A stretch of DNA of 64,000 nucleotides from Candidatus Omnitrophota bacterium (GTDB lineage Bacteria > Omnitrophota > Gorgyraeia > B26-G9): contig JBDRPX010000015.1 of assembly GCA_043826565.1 (NCBI GenBank), forward strand, positions 67,317 through 131,316. The letters are read 5' to 3'. The notes beneath the pieces were generated by a model, which saw only the letters and a program-made list of their open reading frames with translations, did not search any database and was not told the origin of the DNA. Below are positions 27,803-36,809 of this stretch, one piece after another (position 1 is the first letter of the stretch; each line of letters begins with the position of its first letter). Made by a program: the position numbers and the translations under genes.

Positions 27803-28834
27803 ATGCGATTTGGGAATTTACAATTTTTATGGATGCTGTTACTTGTTCCGGCGGGTATTTTGTTTTTTTCCTGGGCCTTTAAATCTAAACGCCGGGCTTT
27901 AGAAAAATTCGCGCAAAATGACCGGCTGAAAGTTTTATTACGCCGGGTCAGTTTAAAAAAACAAAAATTAAAAGCTGTTTTTTTTATTTTGGGAATTTTG
28001 TTTGTAGTTCTTTCCTTGATTGAGCCGAAATGGGGATATCAATGGGAACAGGTAAATCGCCGCGGACTGGATATTGTTATTGCTTTGGATGTTTCCAAAA
28101 GCATGCTGGCCGAAGATATTAAGCCTAACCGGCTGGAAGCGGCAAAAAGAGAAATAAAAAGCCTGATCAATATTTTACAGGGGGACCGTGTCGGGATTGT
28201 GGCTTTTGCGGGGAGCTCGTTTTTGCATTGTCCGTTAACCCTTGATTACGGTACCGCGAAATTATTTGTCGATTATCTGGATATTAACGCGATCCCGTTC
28301 GGCGGCACAGATATCGGCGGAGCAATACGTCAGGCAGTGCGCGCTTTTGAAGGCCATGAGAAGAAACACCGGGTATTGATCCTGATTACCGACGGAGAAG
28401 ATCATCAGGAAGATGTTATGGACGCGGTGGAATTAGCCAAGCAGAATGGCGTGGTTATTTTCCCCATTGGTGTCGGCCGTCAGGAAGGCGCGCCGATCCC
28501 GGTGGTTGACGGACAGGGCCGCAGCGGATTTGTCAAAGATAGCGAAGGTAAAGTGGTTTTATCAAAACTTGATTCGGTCTTACTGCAAAAGATCGCGCTG
28601 ATCGCCGGCGGTAAAAAAGGAAGTATCGGCGCGGGAAGTTTTCCTCTGGAGGAGATTTATGAGCAGGAAGTTTCTAAGATGGAAAAGAAAGAACTGCAGT
28701 CTTCCCGGCAGAAGCGTTATGAGAATAGGTTCCAGTATCCGTTAATGATCGCCTTATTAATGTTTGTTGCCGAAGCAGTGCTAAGTGAAAGAAAAAATAA
28801 GGGTGTAGGGGCGGACCTCCGTGTCCGCCCGTGA
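27803..28834 (+). CDS. batB: vWA-domain protein BatB
   Basis: TM, vWA MIDAS DVSKSM; the last ~10 codons (GVGADLRVRP) are encoded by a REP element. Confidence 0.85.
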   Translation: MRFGNLQFLWMLLLVPAGILFFSWAFKSKRRALEKFAQNDRLKVLLRRVSLKKQKLKAVFFILGILFVVLSLIEPKWGYQWEQVNRRGLDIVIALDVSKSMLAEDIKPNRLEAAKREIKSLINILQGDRVGIVAFAGSSFLHCPLTLDYGTAKLFVDYLDINAIPFGGTDIGGAIRQAVRAFEGHEKKHRVLILITDGEDHQEDVMDAVELAKQNGVVIFPIGVGRQEGAPIPVVDGQGRSGFVKDSEGKVVLSKLDSVLLQKIALIAGGKKGSIGAGSFPLEEIYEQEVSKMEKKELQSSRQKRYENRFQYPLMIALLMFVAEAVLSERKNKGVGADLRVRP

Positions 28835-28835
28835 C
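28804..28835 (+). repeat. REP element (GTAGGGG head, stem GGCGGAC/GTCCGCC) forming the 3' end of batB
   Basis: tgtaggggcggacctccgtgtccgcccgtgac. Confidence 0.7.
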
Positions 28836-28839
28836 AAAA

Positions 28840-28874
28840 AACCTGTAGGGACAGGTTTGTAACCTGTCCGAAAT
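28840..28874 (+). repeat. REP element in the batB-batC intergenic region / batC 5'UTR
   Basis: aacctgtagggacaggtttgtaacctgtccgaaat. Confidence 0.7.
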
Positions 28875-28884
28875 AAGGTAGATC

Positions 28885-29634
28885 ATGAAAATATTAATTT
28901 TTATTACAGTAATTTTGCTTTGCACTGCGAATGTTGCTTTTTGCGGGCTGGCGCGAAATGTAAAACAAGGTAATCAGGCCTATGATAAAGGTAACTATGA
29001 CCAGGCCTTGATAAAATACAATGACGCGCAGATCGACGACCCGCAAAGCCCGGAAGTGTTTTATAATATGGGCAATGTTTTTTACCGCCAGAAAAAATAT
29101 AAAGAAGCAATTGACGCGTTTGAAAAATCAACGGAAAAAGCAGAGGTAGGGCTTCAGGCTAAAGCATTGTATAATATAGGTAATTCTTTTTTTAATCAGG
29201 GGCAGCTGCGGCAGGCTTTAGAGAGTTATAAGCAGTCCTTAGAGCGAAACCCGGATGATCTGGATACAAAATATAATATTGAATATACGGAAAAGAAAAT
29301 AAAAGAAATGCTTTCGCAGTCTCAACAGACCCAGCAGCAGGCGGAAAAAGACCGGCAGCAGCAACAGCAAGATCAACAACAGAGCCAAGGTCAACAGCAG
29401 GAACAACAGGAACAGAAGCAAGCTCCACAGCAGCAAGTGCAAACTGCGCAAGATCAGCCGTCAGCGCAGGATCAGCAAGCTCAATCCGCGGAAAAAAAGA
29501 ATGAAGAAGAATTAACTAAAGAAGAAGCGGATAGGTTTCTTTCTGCTTTTGGGCAGGACCAGAAAAATCTTCTTCCTCCGCAGCCGGAACAGAAACAAAA
29601 AGGTATGAATAATAATGTGGAAAAGGACTGGTAA
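28885..29634 (+). CDS. batC: TPR-repeat protein BatC with Q-rich low-complexity tail
   Basis: Signal/TM, 3 TPRs, then a QQQ..EQ tract. Confidence 0.75.
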   Translation: MKILIFITVILLCTANVAFCGLARNVKQGNQAYDKGNYDQALIKYNDAQIDDPQSPEVFYNMGNVFYRQKKYKEAIDAFEKSTEKAEVGLQAKALYNIGNSFFNQGQLRQALESYKQSLERNPDDLDTKYNIEYTEKKIKEMLSQSQQTQQQAEKDRQQQQQDQQQSQGQQQEQQEQKQAPQQQVQTAQDQPSAQDQQAQSAEKKNEEELTKEEADRFLSAFGQDQKNLLPPQPEQKQKGMNNNVEKDW

Positions 29635-31519
29635 GAGTTTACTTTTAACCGCGATTTTTTGTTTCGCGGCAGTTTCGGTTTTTGCCGCGGAGCCGGAGGT
29701 ATCTTTTTCCGTAAACCAGAGAGAAATATTGCTCGGAGACAGCTTTGTCTTATCTATTACCGTGAAAAATGTCTCCAATCCTCAAACTCCGGAATTACCG
29801 GAGATACCCGGGTTTGATACGCATTTTCAGGGAACCCGGCGCCAGGGATTTTCCAGTTATACGGTTATTATTAACGGCAAAGTCCAACAGCAGAATTCCG
29901 GCGGCGGTTATGACTTTGCTTTTGAATTAACACCGAGAAATACCGGCACATTTACCATTCCGTCGTTTACCGTTACTGCCGGAGGAAAGAGTTTTGCCAG
30001 TAATCCGTTTGAGGTAAGAGTATTCGCGCAAACGGAAAAAAGTGATGATGTTTTTATTGAAGTAAGCGCGGATAAAAACAAGGTCTATCTGGGGGAAAAA
30101 ATTGTCCTGACATTTAAGTGGTATTATAATAAAAATATTCAGGATTACCGGATCAATGTTCCCTGGCTGGACGGTTTGAAAAATTTTCTTATTGCTGATC
30201 CGGAATTCGATCAGAATCTTCGCTATGAAAGAATTGTGGTTAACGGGGATCAGCAGGTGATCGTTACCAAAGGCCGGGAGTTTTATGAAGGCCAGCCGTA
30301 TACAATAATGACTTTTCAGAAAATACTCACCCCCATATCCGTGGGTACATACAGCCTGGAACCGTCTTTTATTAAATGCGATGTGGTTACCGGATATCAG
30401 CAGCGTTCGGGAAAAGGCACCTTGTTTGAAGATCTTTTTGACGCGGACATGGATAATTTTTTCAGTTTCGGCAGGAAAGCGGTTACGCAGCCGCTGGCCG
30501 CGCGGTCTGCTCCCATTGCCATCCAAGTAAGCGAGGTTCCGGAACTAAACCGGCCGGCTAATTATAATGACGCGGTCGGAGAGTTTGATTTTAAAGTTAA
30601 TGTTAATCCCATTAATTTAAAGGCCGGAGACCCGATCACCCTAACCATGAAAGTTTCCGGAACCGGTAATATCGAGCAGTTAACTCTTCCGGAAATCCCG
30701 GACCTGGAAAACTTTAAAAGCTATGAACCGGAAAGCCGGGTAAATGTAGCGCCCAAGGGCGGTGAAGTTTTCGGCGAAAAAATATTCGAGAAAGTACTGG
30801 TGCCGAAAAGAGAAGGCAGTTATACCATTCCGGCAATTGCCTTTACTTTTTTTCATCCCCGTCAGATGAATTATAAGACGATCACGCAGGGGCCGTTTGT
30901 GGTGCAGGTAGCTAAGGGAGAAAAAGAGCGGGAAGTGCAGGTGGTCGCGCTCACTCCGGAAAGTTTTGTACAGGAGAATAAGCAGGAGTTAAAGATCTTA
31001 AAGAAAGACATCCGCTATATTAAAACCACCTTAGGTAAAGTTGTAAAAAACAGACAGCAAATATATGAAAACCCTTTAATCTGGGTATTGCTTTATCTTG
31101 TGCCCGGATTTATCCTGGGAATAATGGTTTTTTGGCAGAAACAAAGAGATAGATTGCAAACTGATACGGGATTCGCGCGTAAACACCGGGCCATGCAAAA
31201 TACAAAAAAATTATTTACAGATGCCGATGCCGCGCTTAAAGCCAAAGAGGTTAAGCGTTTTTACGACGCGCTTTCCCGTTTGCTTAACGGATATCTCGCG
31301 GATAAACTCAATCTTCCTTTAGGAAGCATGAACGCGGAGATCATCCCGGAGCTTAAGAAAAGCGGTTTGATCGAGAAGCACGTTCAGCAATTAACTGAGC
31401 TTTATCAGACCTTTGAAATGGTTTTGTTTTCTTCGGTTAAAATAGAATTCGATAAGATGAAACAGGATTATGCGCAGGTAAAGGCGATCATCGGAATTTT
31501 GGAGAAGATATTAAGATGA
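29615..31519 (+). CDS. batD: BatD-family protein
   Basis: 634 aa; signal peptide, large extracytoplasmic beta-rich region, one TM near aa 500; positional and compositional match to BatD. Confidence 0.75.
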   Translation: MWKRTGKSLLLTAIFCFAAVSVFAAEPEVSFSVNQREILLGDSFVLSITVKNVSNPQTPELPEIPGFDTHFQGTRRQGFSSYTVIINGKVQQQNSGGGYDFAFELTPRNTGTFTIPSFTVTAGGKSFASNPFEVRVFAQTEKSDDVFIEVSADKNKVYLGEKIVLTFKWYYNKNIQDYRINVPWLDGLKNFLIADPEFDQNLRYERIVVNGDQQVIVTKGREFYEGQPYTIMTFQKILTPISVGTYSLEPSFIKCDVVTGYQQRSGKGTLFEDLFDADMDNFFSFGRKAVTQPLAARSAPIAIQVSEVPELNRPANYNDAVGEFDFKVNVNPINLKAGDPITLTMKVSGTGNIEQLTLPEIPDLENFKSYEPESRVNVAPKGGEVFGEKIFEKVLVPKREGSYTIPAIAFTFFHPRQMNYKTITQGPFVVQVAKGEKEREVQVVALTPESFVQENKQELKILKKDIRYIKTTLGKVVKNRQQIYENPLIWVLLYLVPGFILGIMVFWQKQRDRLQTDTGFARKHRAMQNTKKLFTDADAALKAKEVKRFYDALSRLLNGYLADKLNLPLGSMNAEIIPELKKSGLIEKHVQQLTELYQTFEMVLFSSVKIEFDKMKQDYAQVKAIIGILEKILR

Positions 31520-32268
31520 AAAAATTTATTCTGACATTTTTAATATTAAGCTGTTTTTGCGTAAACGCGTTCGCGGTTTCTGTTGATGAATTGTTTTTTG
31601 AGGCAAACAAGCAATATGCCGACGGTAATTACGCCAAAGCAATTATCCTATATAAAAGTATCCTTTCTCAGGGCACCCAAAGCGGAAATCTTTATTATAA
31701 TCTGGGCAATACCTATTTTAAATTAGGGGATCGGGGGAAAGCGGTTTTAAATTATGAGCGGGCAAAAAGGATAATCTCTCACGATGAAGATCTATTCGCC
31801 AATGATTTGTTTGCCCGGTCTTTGCTGGATATTCAACAGCCCAAAGATGTGTCGCTTTGGTATGAAAAAGCTTATATTGCCATAAGGGATGTTTTTTCCG
31901 CTAAAGTCTGGTTTGTTTTCGCGGCAGTTGTGTTTTTATTGCTCTGTATTATTATCGGTATTTCTATATTTTATGCTCCGTTTCGCAAAAACGCGCAGAA
32001 ACTGAGTGTTTGTTTGGGGCTGCTCTGGATCGGATGTTTTGGGTTTTTTATCCAGCAAAACCAGCTGCAGGTCAAGCAGTTATGGGGAATTGTTATTGTG
32101 CCCAAGGCGGAGGTGCGTTACAGCCCGTCCTATTCCGGAGCGGTGGCTTTTGAGCTGACCGAAGGCATGCGTGCCCAGGTACTTAGAAAAGACGGGGACT
32201 GGAAGCAGATACGTTTAAACCGCACCACCAGCGGCTGGATCGAAGCCGAAGCTGTTGAGGAAATATAA
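31516..32268 (+). CDS. batE: TPR + SH3b protein BatE
   Basis: Signal peptide, TPRs, TM, C-terminal SH3b-like (DWKQIRLNRTTSGWIEAEAV); ATGA overlap with batD. Confidence 0.75.
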   Translation: MKKFILTFLILSCFCVNAFAVSVDELFFEANKQYADGNYAKAIILYKSILSQGTQSGNLYYNLGNTYFKLGDRGKAVLNYERAKRIISHDEDLFANDLFARSLLDIQQPKDVSLWYEKAYIAIRDVFSAKVWFVFAAVVFLLLCIIIGISIFYAPFRKNAQKLSVCLGLLWIGCFGFFIQQNQLQVKQLWGIVIVPKAEVRYSPSYSGAVAFELTEGMRAQVLRKDGDWKQIRLNRTTSGWIEAEAVEEI

Positions 32269-32411
32269 TATCATATCATAGTCATCAAATATACTACCTC
32301 CCGATATTCCATTGCCAATTATGTTTTATTTCTGATATACTATTGTTAAAATTAAAACAAAGATATTAATTGTTATATGAGAAAAATAATGAAATATGAT
32401 ATAATTTCCCC

Positions 32412-33851
32412 ATGCCACAAATTGATACAGAATTAATATCAAAGTTATTAAATGCTAAAGAATCGCAACTTTTTGAATGCAAGCAAATCAAAAAGAAGCC
32501 TAGTGAAGTATTGCCTACAATCTGTGCCTTCGCAAATACTGATGGGGGGATATTCATTTATGGCCTAGGTGACCCCGGGAAAATACCTCAAAAAGAAAGA
32601 ATTGTTGGGACATCGGAACACCCCGATAATGTAGGGGAACTACTTAAACTAATAGCAAGCGAATTTGAGCCACCCATACCAAACATAAAAACATTCTATT
32701 TAGATGTGATCAACTGTAAAGGAGAAAATGATCAAGTTCTTATGATCTCTGTTGATCCGTCAAGGGATGTTCATTCAATACGCACAGGAAAAACTTTCAT
32801 AAGAAGAGGCACTAGGAATGACCTTTTAACGCATAAGCAATCGTTACAATTGCAATACGAAAAAGGCACGATAACCTTTGAGTCAGAAATATGCAAAGAT
32901 ATTTCTCCCGATGAGTTTGATCAAGCAATGTTCAAGGGGTTTCTTGAATATAATGATAGCAAAGAAAAAGATATATTAAAATTTTTATCGAAAAATGGGT
33001 TGGCGAGAAGAAAGGATGATAAATTTTACCTTACGAATGCAGCAATATTGCTTTTTGGAGAAAATCCTTCTGTTCTTTTAAAGAGAAAAGTTGGAATTAA
33101 AATAATCCATTACTTGGGAATAAGACGAGTAGCTTCAGGAAACCCTAATTTCGTTCGTCCACCATTTACAATAGAGGGCCCGGCATTAATATTGATCAAA
33201 AAGACCTTTAAATATATCAGCGAAAACGCAGCACCTGTTCAATTAAAAGGTGCAACTTTTCAAAGACTAAAAATTCCCCTCTATGTTATACAAGAAGCTA
33301 TAACAAATGCTATCATACATAGAGATTATAGCATTCAAAATGACATACAAATCAGAATTTTTGATGACCGCATAGAAATTGAAAGCCCAGGATGGTTTCC
33401 AGGCTTAGTCACTCCAGAATCTATTTTGCAAGAAAGATTTGCTCGCAATCCAATGATTGAACGAACTCTTAGAAAAATGCCGGAACCCCCCAACCTTGAT
33501 ATTGGAGAAGGCGTGAAACGTATGTTTGCCGAAATGAAGAAAAAAGATTTATATGCTCCTGTTTATCTACCGAAAGAATACTCTCCTCATAGTGTTTCAC
33601 TTATATTGTTCAATGAAGAACGTACTACCTTTTGGGATATGGTCTCAAATTATTTAGAGCAAAATGGAACCATACGTAACGAGCAATTCCGTCATATTTC
33701 TGGATTGGGACGATCTGAAGCATCTGAAATGTTAAAAAAATGGGTTAGCAAAGGACTCTTAGAAAAAAAAGGCACTAGCAGAAAAAGTACATTTTATCAA
33801 AAACCCGGATTCAAACCCAAAAAAGAGAGTTTATTAGAGAATGTCTCCTAA
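32412..33851 (+). CDS. AlbA_2 (Schlafen-like divergent AAA) + HATPase_c_4 domain protein, putative nucleic-acid-binding regulator
   Basis: N-terminal ESQLFECKQ...ICAFANTDGGIFIYGL (AlbA_2) and IQEAITNAIIHRDYSIQNDIQIRIFDDRIEIESPG (HATPase_c_4); AT-rich codon usage relative to neighbours. Confidence 0.7.
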   Translation: MPQIDTELISKLLNAKESQLFECKQIKKKPSEVLPTICAFANTDGGIFIYGLGDPGKIPQKERIVGTSEHPDNVGELLKLIASEFEPPIPNIKTFYLDVINCKGENDQVLMISVDPSRDVHSIRTGKTFIRRGTRNDLLTHKQSLQLQYEKGTITFESEICKDISPDEFDQAMFKGFLEYNDSKEKDILKFLSKNGLARRKDDKFYLTNAAILLFGENPSVLLKRKVGIKIIHYLGIRRVASGNPNFVRPPFTIEGPALILIKKTFKYISENAAPVQLKGATFQRLKIPLYVIQEAITNAIIHRDYSIQNDIQIRIFDDRIEIESPGWFPGLVTPESILQERFARNPMIERTLRKMPEPPNLDIGEGVKRMFAEMKKKDLYAPVYLPKEYSPHSVSLILFNEERTTFWDMVSNYLEQNGTIRNEQFRHISGLGRSEASEMLKKWVSKGLLEKKGTSRKSTFYQKPGFKPKKESLLENVS

Positions 33852-34269
33852 TAAATATCCACGAAACAAAAATATTGATGTAACACATTCGTATTGTTTG
33901 ACTTACTGGTTGAGATGTTTTATTTTTATTAGAATTGACATCTAGTTAGCTGGTGGACGCGCGCAAATGGAGTTTACCCAGTAGGTGTTTATGGGTGGTA
34001 TGTACAATTAATGAAAGAATATAAAACCAGAAAATTAAACCGATTGAAAGAATATGATTATTCGCAAGCAGGATATTATTATGTAACGATATGCGTCTAT
34101 GTTCGTGAATGCCTGTTTGGAAATATAATTAATAATAATATGGAATTGAACAATGCCGGCGAAATGATGGGTAAAATATTGCAAAAATTGCCGGAATATT
34201 ATCCAAACATAGACATTGATCAACAGATTGTAATGCCAAATCATATTCATGCGATAATTATAATCAAAG

Positions 34270-34305
34270 AACCTGTAGGGGACGACCTCTGTGTCGTCCC
34301 GGGAC
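34270..34305 (+). repeat. REP element (forward) inside RAYT ORF
   Basis: aacctgtaggggacgacctctgtgtcgtcccgggac; stem GGGACGAC/GTCGTCCC. Confidence 0.7.
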
Positions 34306-34390
34306 AAAATCAAAAACATGATCAAACAATAAACCAAAATGATTTAACAGCCGAAGGACAGGTGTATGGTAACGGACAGACACAAGATAA

Positions 34391-34419
34391 AGGGCGGATA
34401 CGGAGATCCGCCCCTACAG
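34391..34419 (-). repeat. REP element (inverted orientation) inside RAYT ORF
   Basis: gggcggatacggagatccgcccctacagg is the reverse complement of cctgtaggggcggatctccgtatccgccc, near-identical to the REP at 28804. Confidence 0.7.
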
Positions 34420-34682
34420 GACGTTTATCATTGTCAAATATAATTCAACGATTTAAAATGATAACAACAAAACGTTATATTGATGGCGTAAAAAATTATC
34501 ATTGGCAAACATTTGATAAACATTTATGGCAACGTTCATTTTATGACCATATAATCCGCACAAATGATTCTTTAAACAATATGCGCGAATATATTGTTAA
34601 TAATCCCTCAACATGGGATAATGATGAACATAATATTAATAATTTTTTTATAGAGGACAATTATTGTAAAATAATATAAACC

Positions 34683-35150
34683 ATGAAATTTGAAATAAAT
34701 CAAATCGGCATAATTCATTCACCCTACAAAACCAAAGATGAATGCCCGATCCAGGGTTCAGTTAAGCCCGAAGGAAGAGGGCAAATTGAAATATTCCCGG
34801 AATACGAACCAGCCTTAGAAACAATCGAAACATTTTCGCATATTATCCTGTTTTACATTTTTGACCAGGCCGGAGAAATAAAATTATCCCGGCCGACATT
34901 CTTAGATGATGTTCCCCACGGAGTATTCGCTTCCCGTCATCCCTGCCGGCCGAATAGTATCGGCATGTCTATTGTCAAATTAGAAAAAAGAAATAAAAAT
35001 ATTCTGGAAGTAAGCGAAATAGATGTTTTGGATAATACTCCGCTTATTGATATAAAACCGTATCTGCCTAAATTTGATCATCGGGAAAATGCCAATAACG
35101 GCTGGGCCGAAACAAAAGAATTACGCGAAAAACCAAAGGGCCGGGAATGA
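34683..35150 (+). CDS. trmO: tRNA (t6A37) methyltransferase TrmO/TsaA (YaeB family)
   Basis: GIIHSPYKTK...GVFASRHPCRPNSIGMSIVKL...LDNTPLIDIKPY matches the TsaA-like fold signature. Confidence 0.85.
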   Translation: MKFEINQIGIIHSPYKTKDECPIQGSVKPEGRGQIEIFPEYEPALETIETFSHIILFYIFDQAGEIKLSRPTFLDDVPHGVFASRHPCRPNSIGMSIVKLEKRNKNILEVSEIDVLDNTPLIDIKPYLPKFDHRENANNGWAETKELREKPKGRE

Positions 35151-35190
35151 AGGCCTACAACAAATGTTATGAGAGGAATAGAAAAAAACA

Positions 35191-35493
35191 ATGAAAAAAA
35201 ACTGCTGGGAATTCAAGAAATGCGGAAGAGAACCGGGAGGAGAAAATGCCGGTAAGCTGGGGGTTTGTCCGGCGGCTGTTTGCCTGAAAGCAAATAAAAT
35301 TCATAACGGGAAAAATGGGGGCAGATGCTGTTGGTCAATAGTGGGAACACTCTGCGGAGGGAAAATTCAAGGCACGTTTGTGAAAAAATACCAAAGCTGC
35401 ATGGAATGCGTTTTTTTTGCATTAGTTACTCAGGAAGAAGATGATATATTAACAAGTTTAGAAATAAATAAAAAAATTAAAAACACAGAATAA
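35191..35493 (+). CDS. Small Cys/Trp-rich protein (two-CW-domain-like)
   Basis: 100 aa; MKKNCWEFKKCGREPGG...GVCPA...GGRCCWSIVGTLCGG...SCMEC; 11 Cys; remembered similarity to 'two-CW domain' proteins, not verified. Confidence 0.5.
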   Translation: MKKNCWEFKKCGREPGGENAGKLGVCPAAVCLKANKIHNGKNGGRCCWSIVGTLCGGKIQGTFVKKYQSCMECVFFALVTQEEDDILTSLEINKKIKNTE

Positions 35494-35514
35494 AGATTCA
35501 GAAAGGAGCGGAGT

Positions 35515-35904
35515 ATGTTAAAAAAGACAAATGTTTTAATGCCAAGCATTGCGGTATTGATTGTGCTGTGCTGCTGTGTGGCCGGCTGCGGGAAAAGAGT
35601 TATGCTCGGAGGCGGCGGGTATAATCATAATTTCGCGCGTTACGGCGAATATAATCTGGTAAGTAAAAACAGTGATCTGTACATGGACAGAGTTAACGGC
35701 AAAGACAGCCGGAGGCTGACCTTTTCTCCGAAAGTCAAAGAAGATTTCGCGTTTGTCCTCGGTAATACAGGGTATGTAGTATATTCGGTGATTGAAGATA
35801 TCAGCAAACCAAAAAAATATTATATCCAAAATATGGATACAAGTTATAAAACCAGGAAAAAGATCACGGAACAGGAATTTAATAAATATTTGCGGGAACG
35901 TTAA
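35515..35904 (+). CDS. Hypothetical lipoprotein
   Basis: Signal peptide with lipobox-like LCCCVAGCG; RBS AAAGGAGCGGAG. Confidence 0.5.
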   Translation: MLKKTNVLMPSIAVLIVLCCCVAGCGKRVMLGGGGYNHNFARYGEYNLVSKNSDLYMDRVNGKDSRRLTFSPKVKEDFAFVLGNTGYVVYSVIEDISKPKKYYIQNMDTSYKTRKKITEQEFNKYLRER

Positions 35905-35924
35905 ACAAGGGGACGGATGTTTGT

Positions 35925-36809
35925 ATGGAAGGCGTAGTCAGTATTACCAGCCCGCAATATCCGGATTTGCTTAAAACTATTCCTGATCCGCCGAAAAAAC
36001 TTTATTATAAAGGGAATTGGGATGAGAGTATTTTTTCCCAATGCCTGGGAGTTGTCGGCGCCCGGCGAATGACAAGTTACGGCAAACAAATAACTGATTT
36101 ACTGGTTTGCGAATTAGCCGCGGCCGGCATAACCATTGTGTCCGGATTTATGTACGGCATTGACGCAACCGCGCATCAGGCCGCGCTTGATGGCGGAGGC
36201 CGGACCATTGCCTGCATGCCCTGCGGGATCAATGTTATTCATCCGGCATATCAGAAAAATTTATATCAGGATATCTTAAAAAATAACGGATTGATTATTT
36301 CCGAATATGAAGGTGATTTTCCGCCGGCGCTGTGGACTTATCCCCGCAGAAATAGAATTGTCGCGGGATTATCTGTTGCGACAATGGTGGTGGAAGCCGG
36401 AGAAAAAAGCGGATCATTAATAACCGCTAAATTAGCGCGCAAATATAACCGGAAACTTTTTGCGGTTCCGGGAATGCTGACCAGCGCTGTTTCCCAGGGA
36501 ACCCTGTGTTTGATCAAAGAGGGCGCGGAAGCCGTATCCTCGGCTAACGATGTTTTAAGTTATTACGGACGGGAAACATCAGGAACAAAAGAAGCAGATT
36601 CTTTGTGGGGTAATTTAAGCCCAATGCAGAAACGTATCTTAACCGAACTTAAGCGTGAGCCTATGGGGATAGATATTCTGTCCTATGCCCTGAAGATGAC
36701 AATCGCGGAATTAGGGACAGAACTTTCCCTGATGCAGCTGCAAGGTTTAATTGTGGAAGAAGCAGGTAAATATTGTCCTAATAATGAGAGGCGGATAAAT
36801 GTTAGTTAA
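35925..36809 (+). CDS. dprA: DNA processing protein DprA (Smf)
   Basis: Rossmann-like DprA core GVVGARRMTSYG...SGFMYGIDATAHQAAL... Confidence 0.9.
   Translation: MEGVVSITSPQYPDLLKTIPDPPKKLYYKGNWDESIFSQCLGVVGARRMTSYGKQITDLLVCELAAAGITIVSGFMYGIDATAHQAALDGGGRTIACMPCGINVIHPAYQKNLYQDILKNNGLIISEYEGDFPPALWTYPRRNRIVAGLSVATMVVEAGEKSGSLITAKLARKYNRKLFAVPGMLTSAVSQGTLCLIKEGAEAVSSANDVLSYYGRETSGTKEADSLWGNLSPMQKRILTELKREPMGIDILSYALKMTIAELGTELSLMQLQGLIVEEAGKYCPNNERRINVS

Larger units (their letters stand above)
34011..34679 (+). mobile_element. REP-associated tyrosine transposase (RAYT, HUH Y1 family) with in-frame REP-pair insertion
   Basis: HUH motif PNHIHAII and catalytic Tyr motif WQRSFYDHIIR; forward REP at 34270-34305 and inverted REP at 34391-34419 lie inside the ORF, between the two motifs. 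Confidence 0.75.

Noticed and set aside
29192-29451. Two minus-strand ORFs within the batC Q-rich region
   Set aside because: Arise from a CAG/CAA-rich low-complexity tract read antisense (poly-L); not credible genes.
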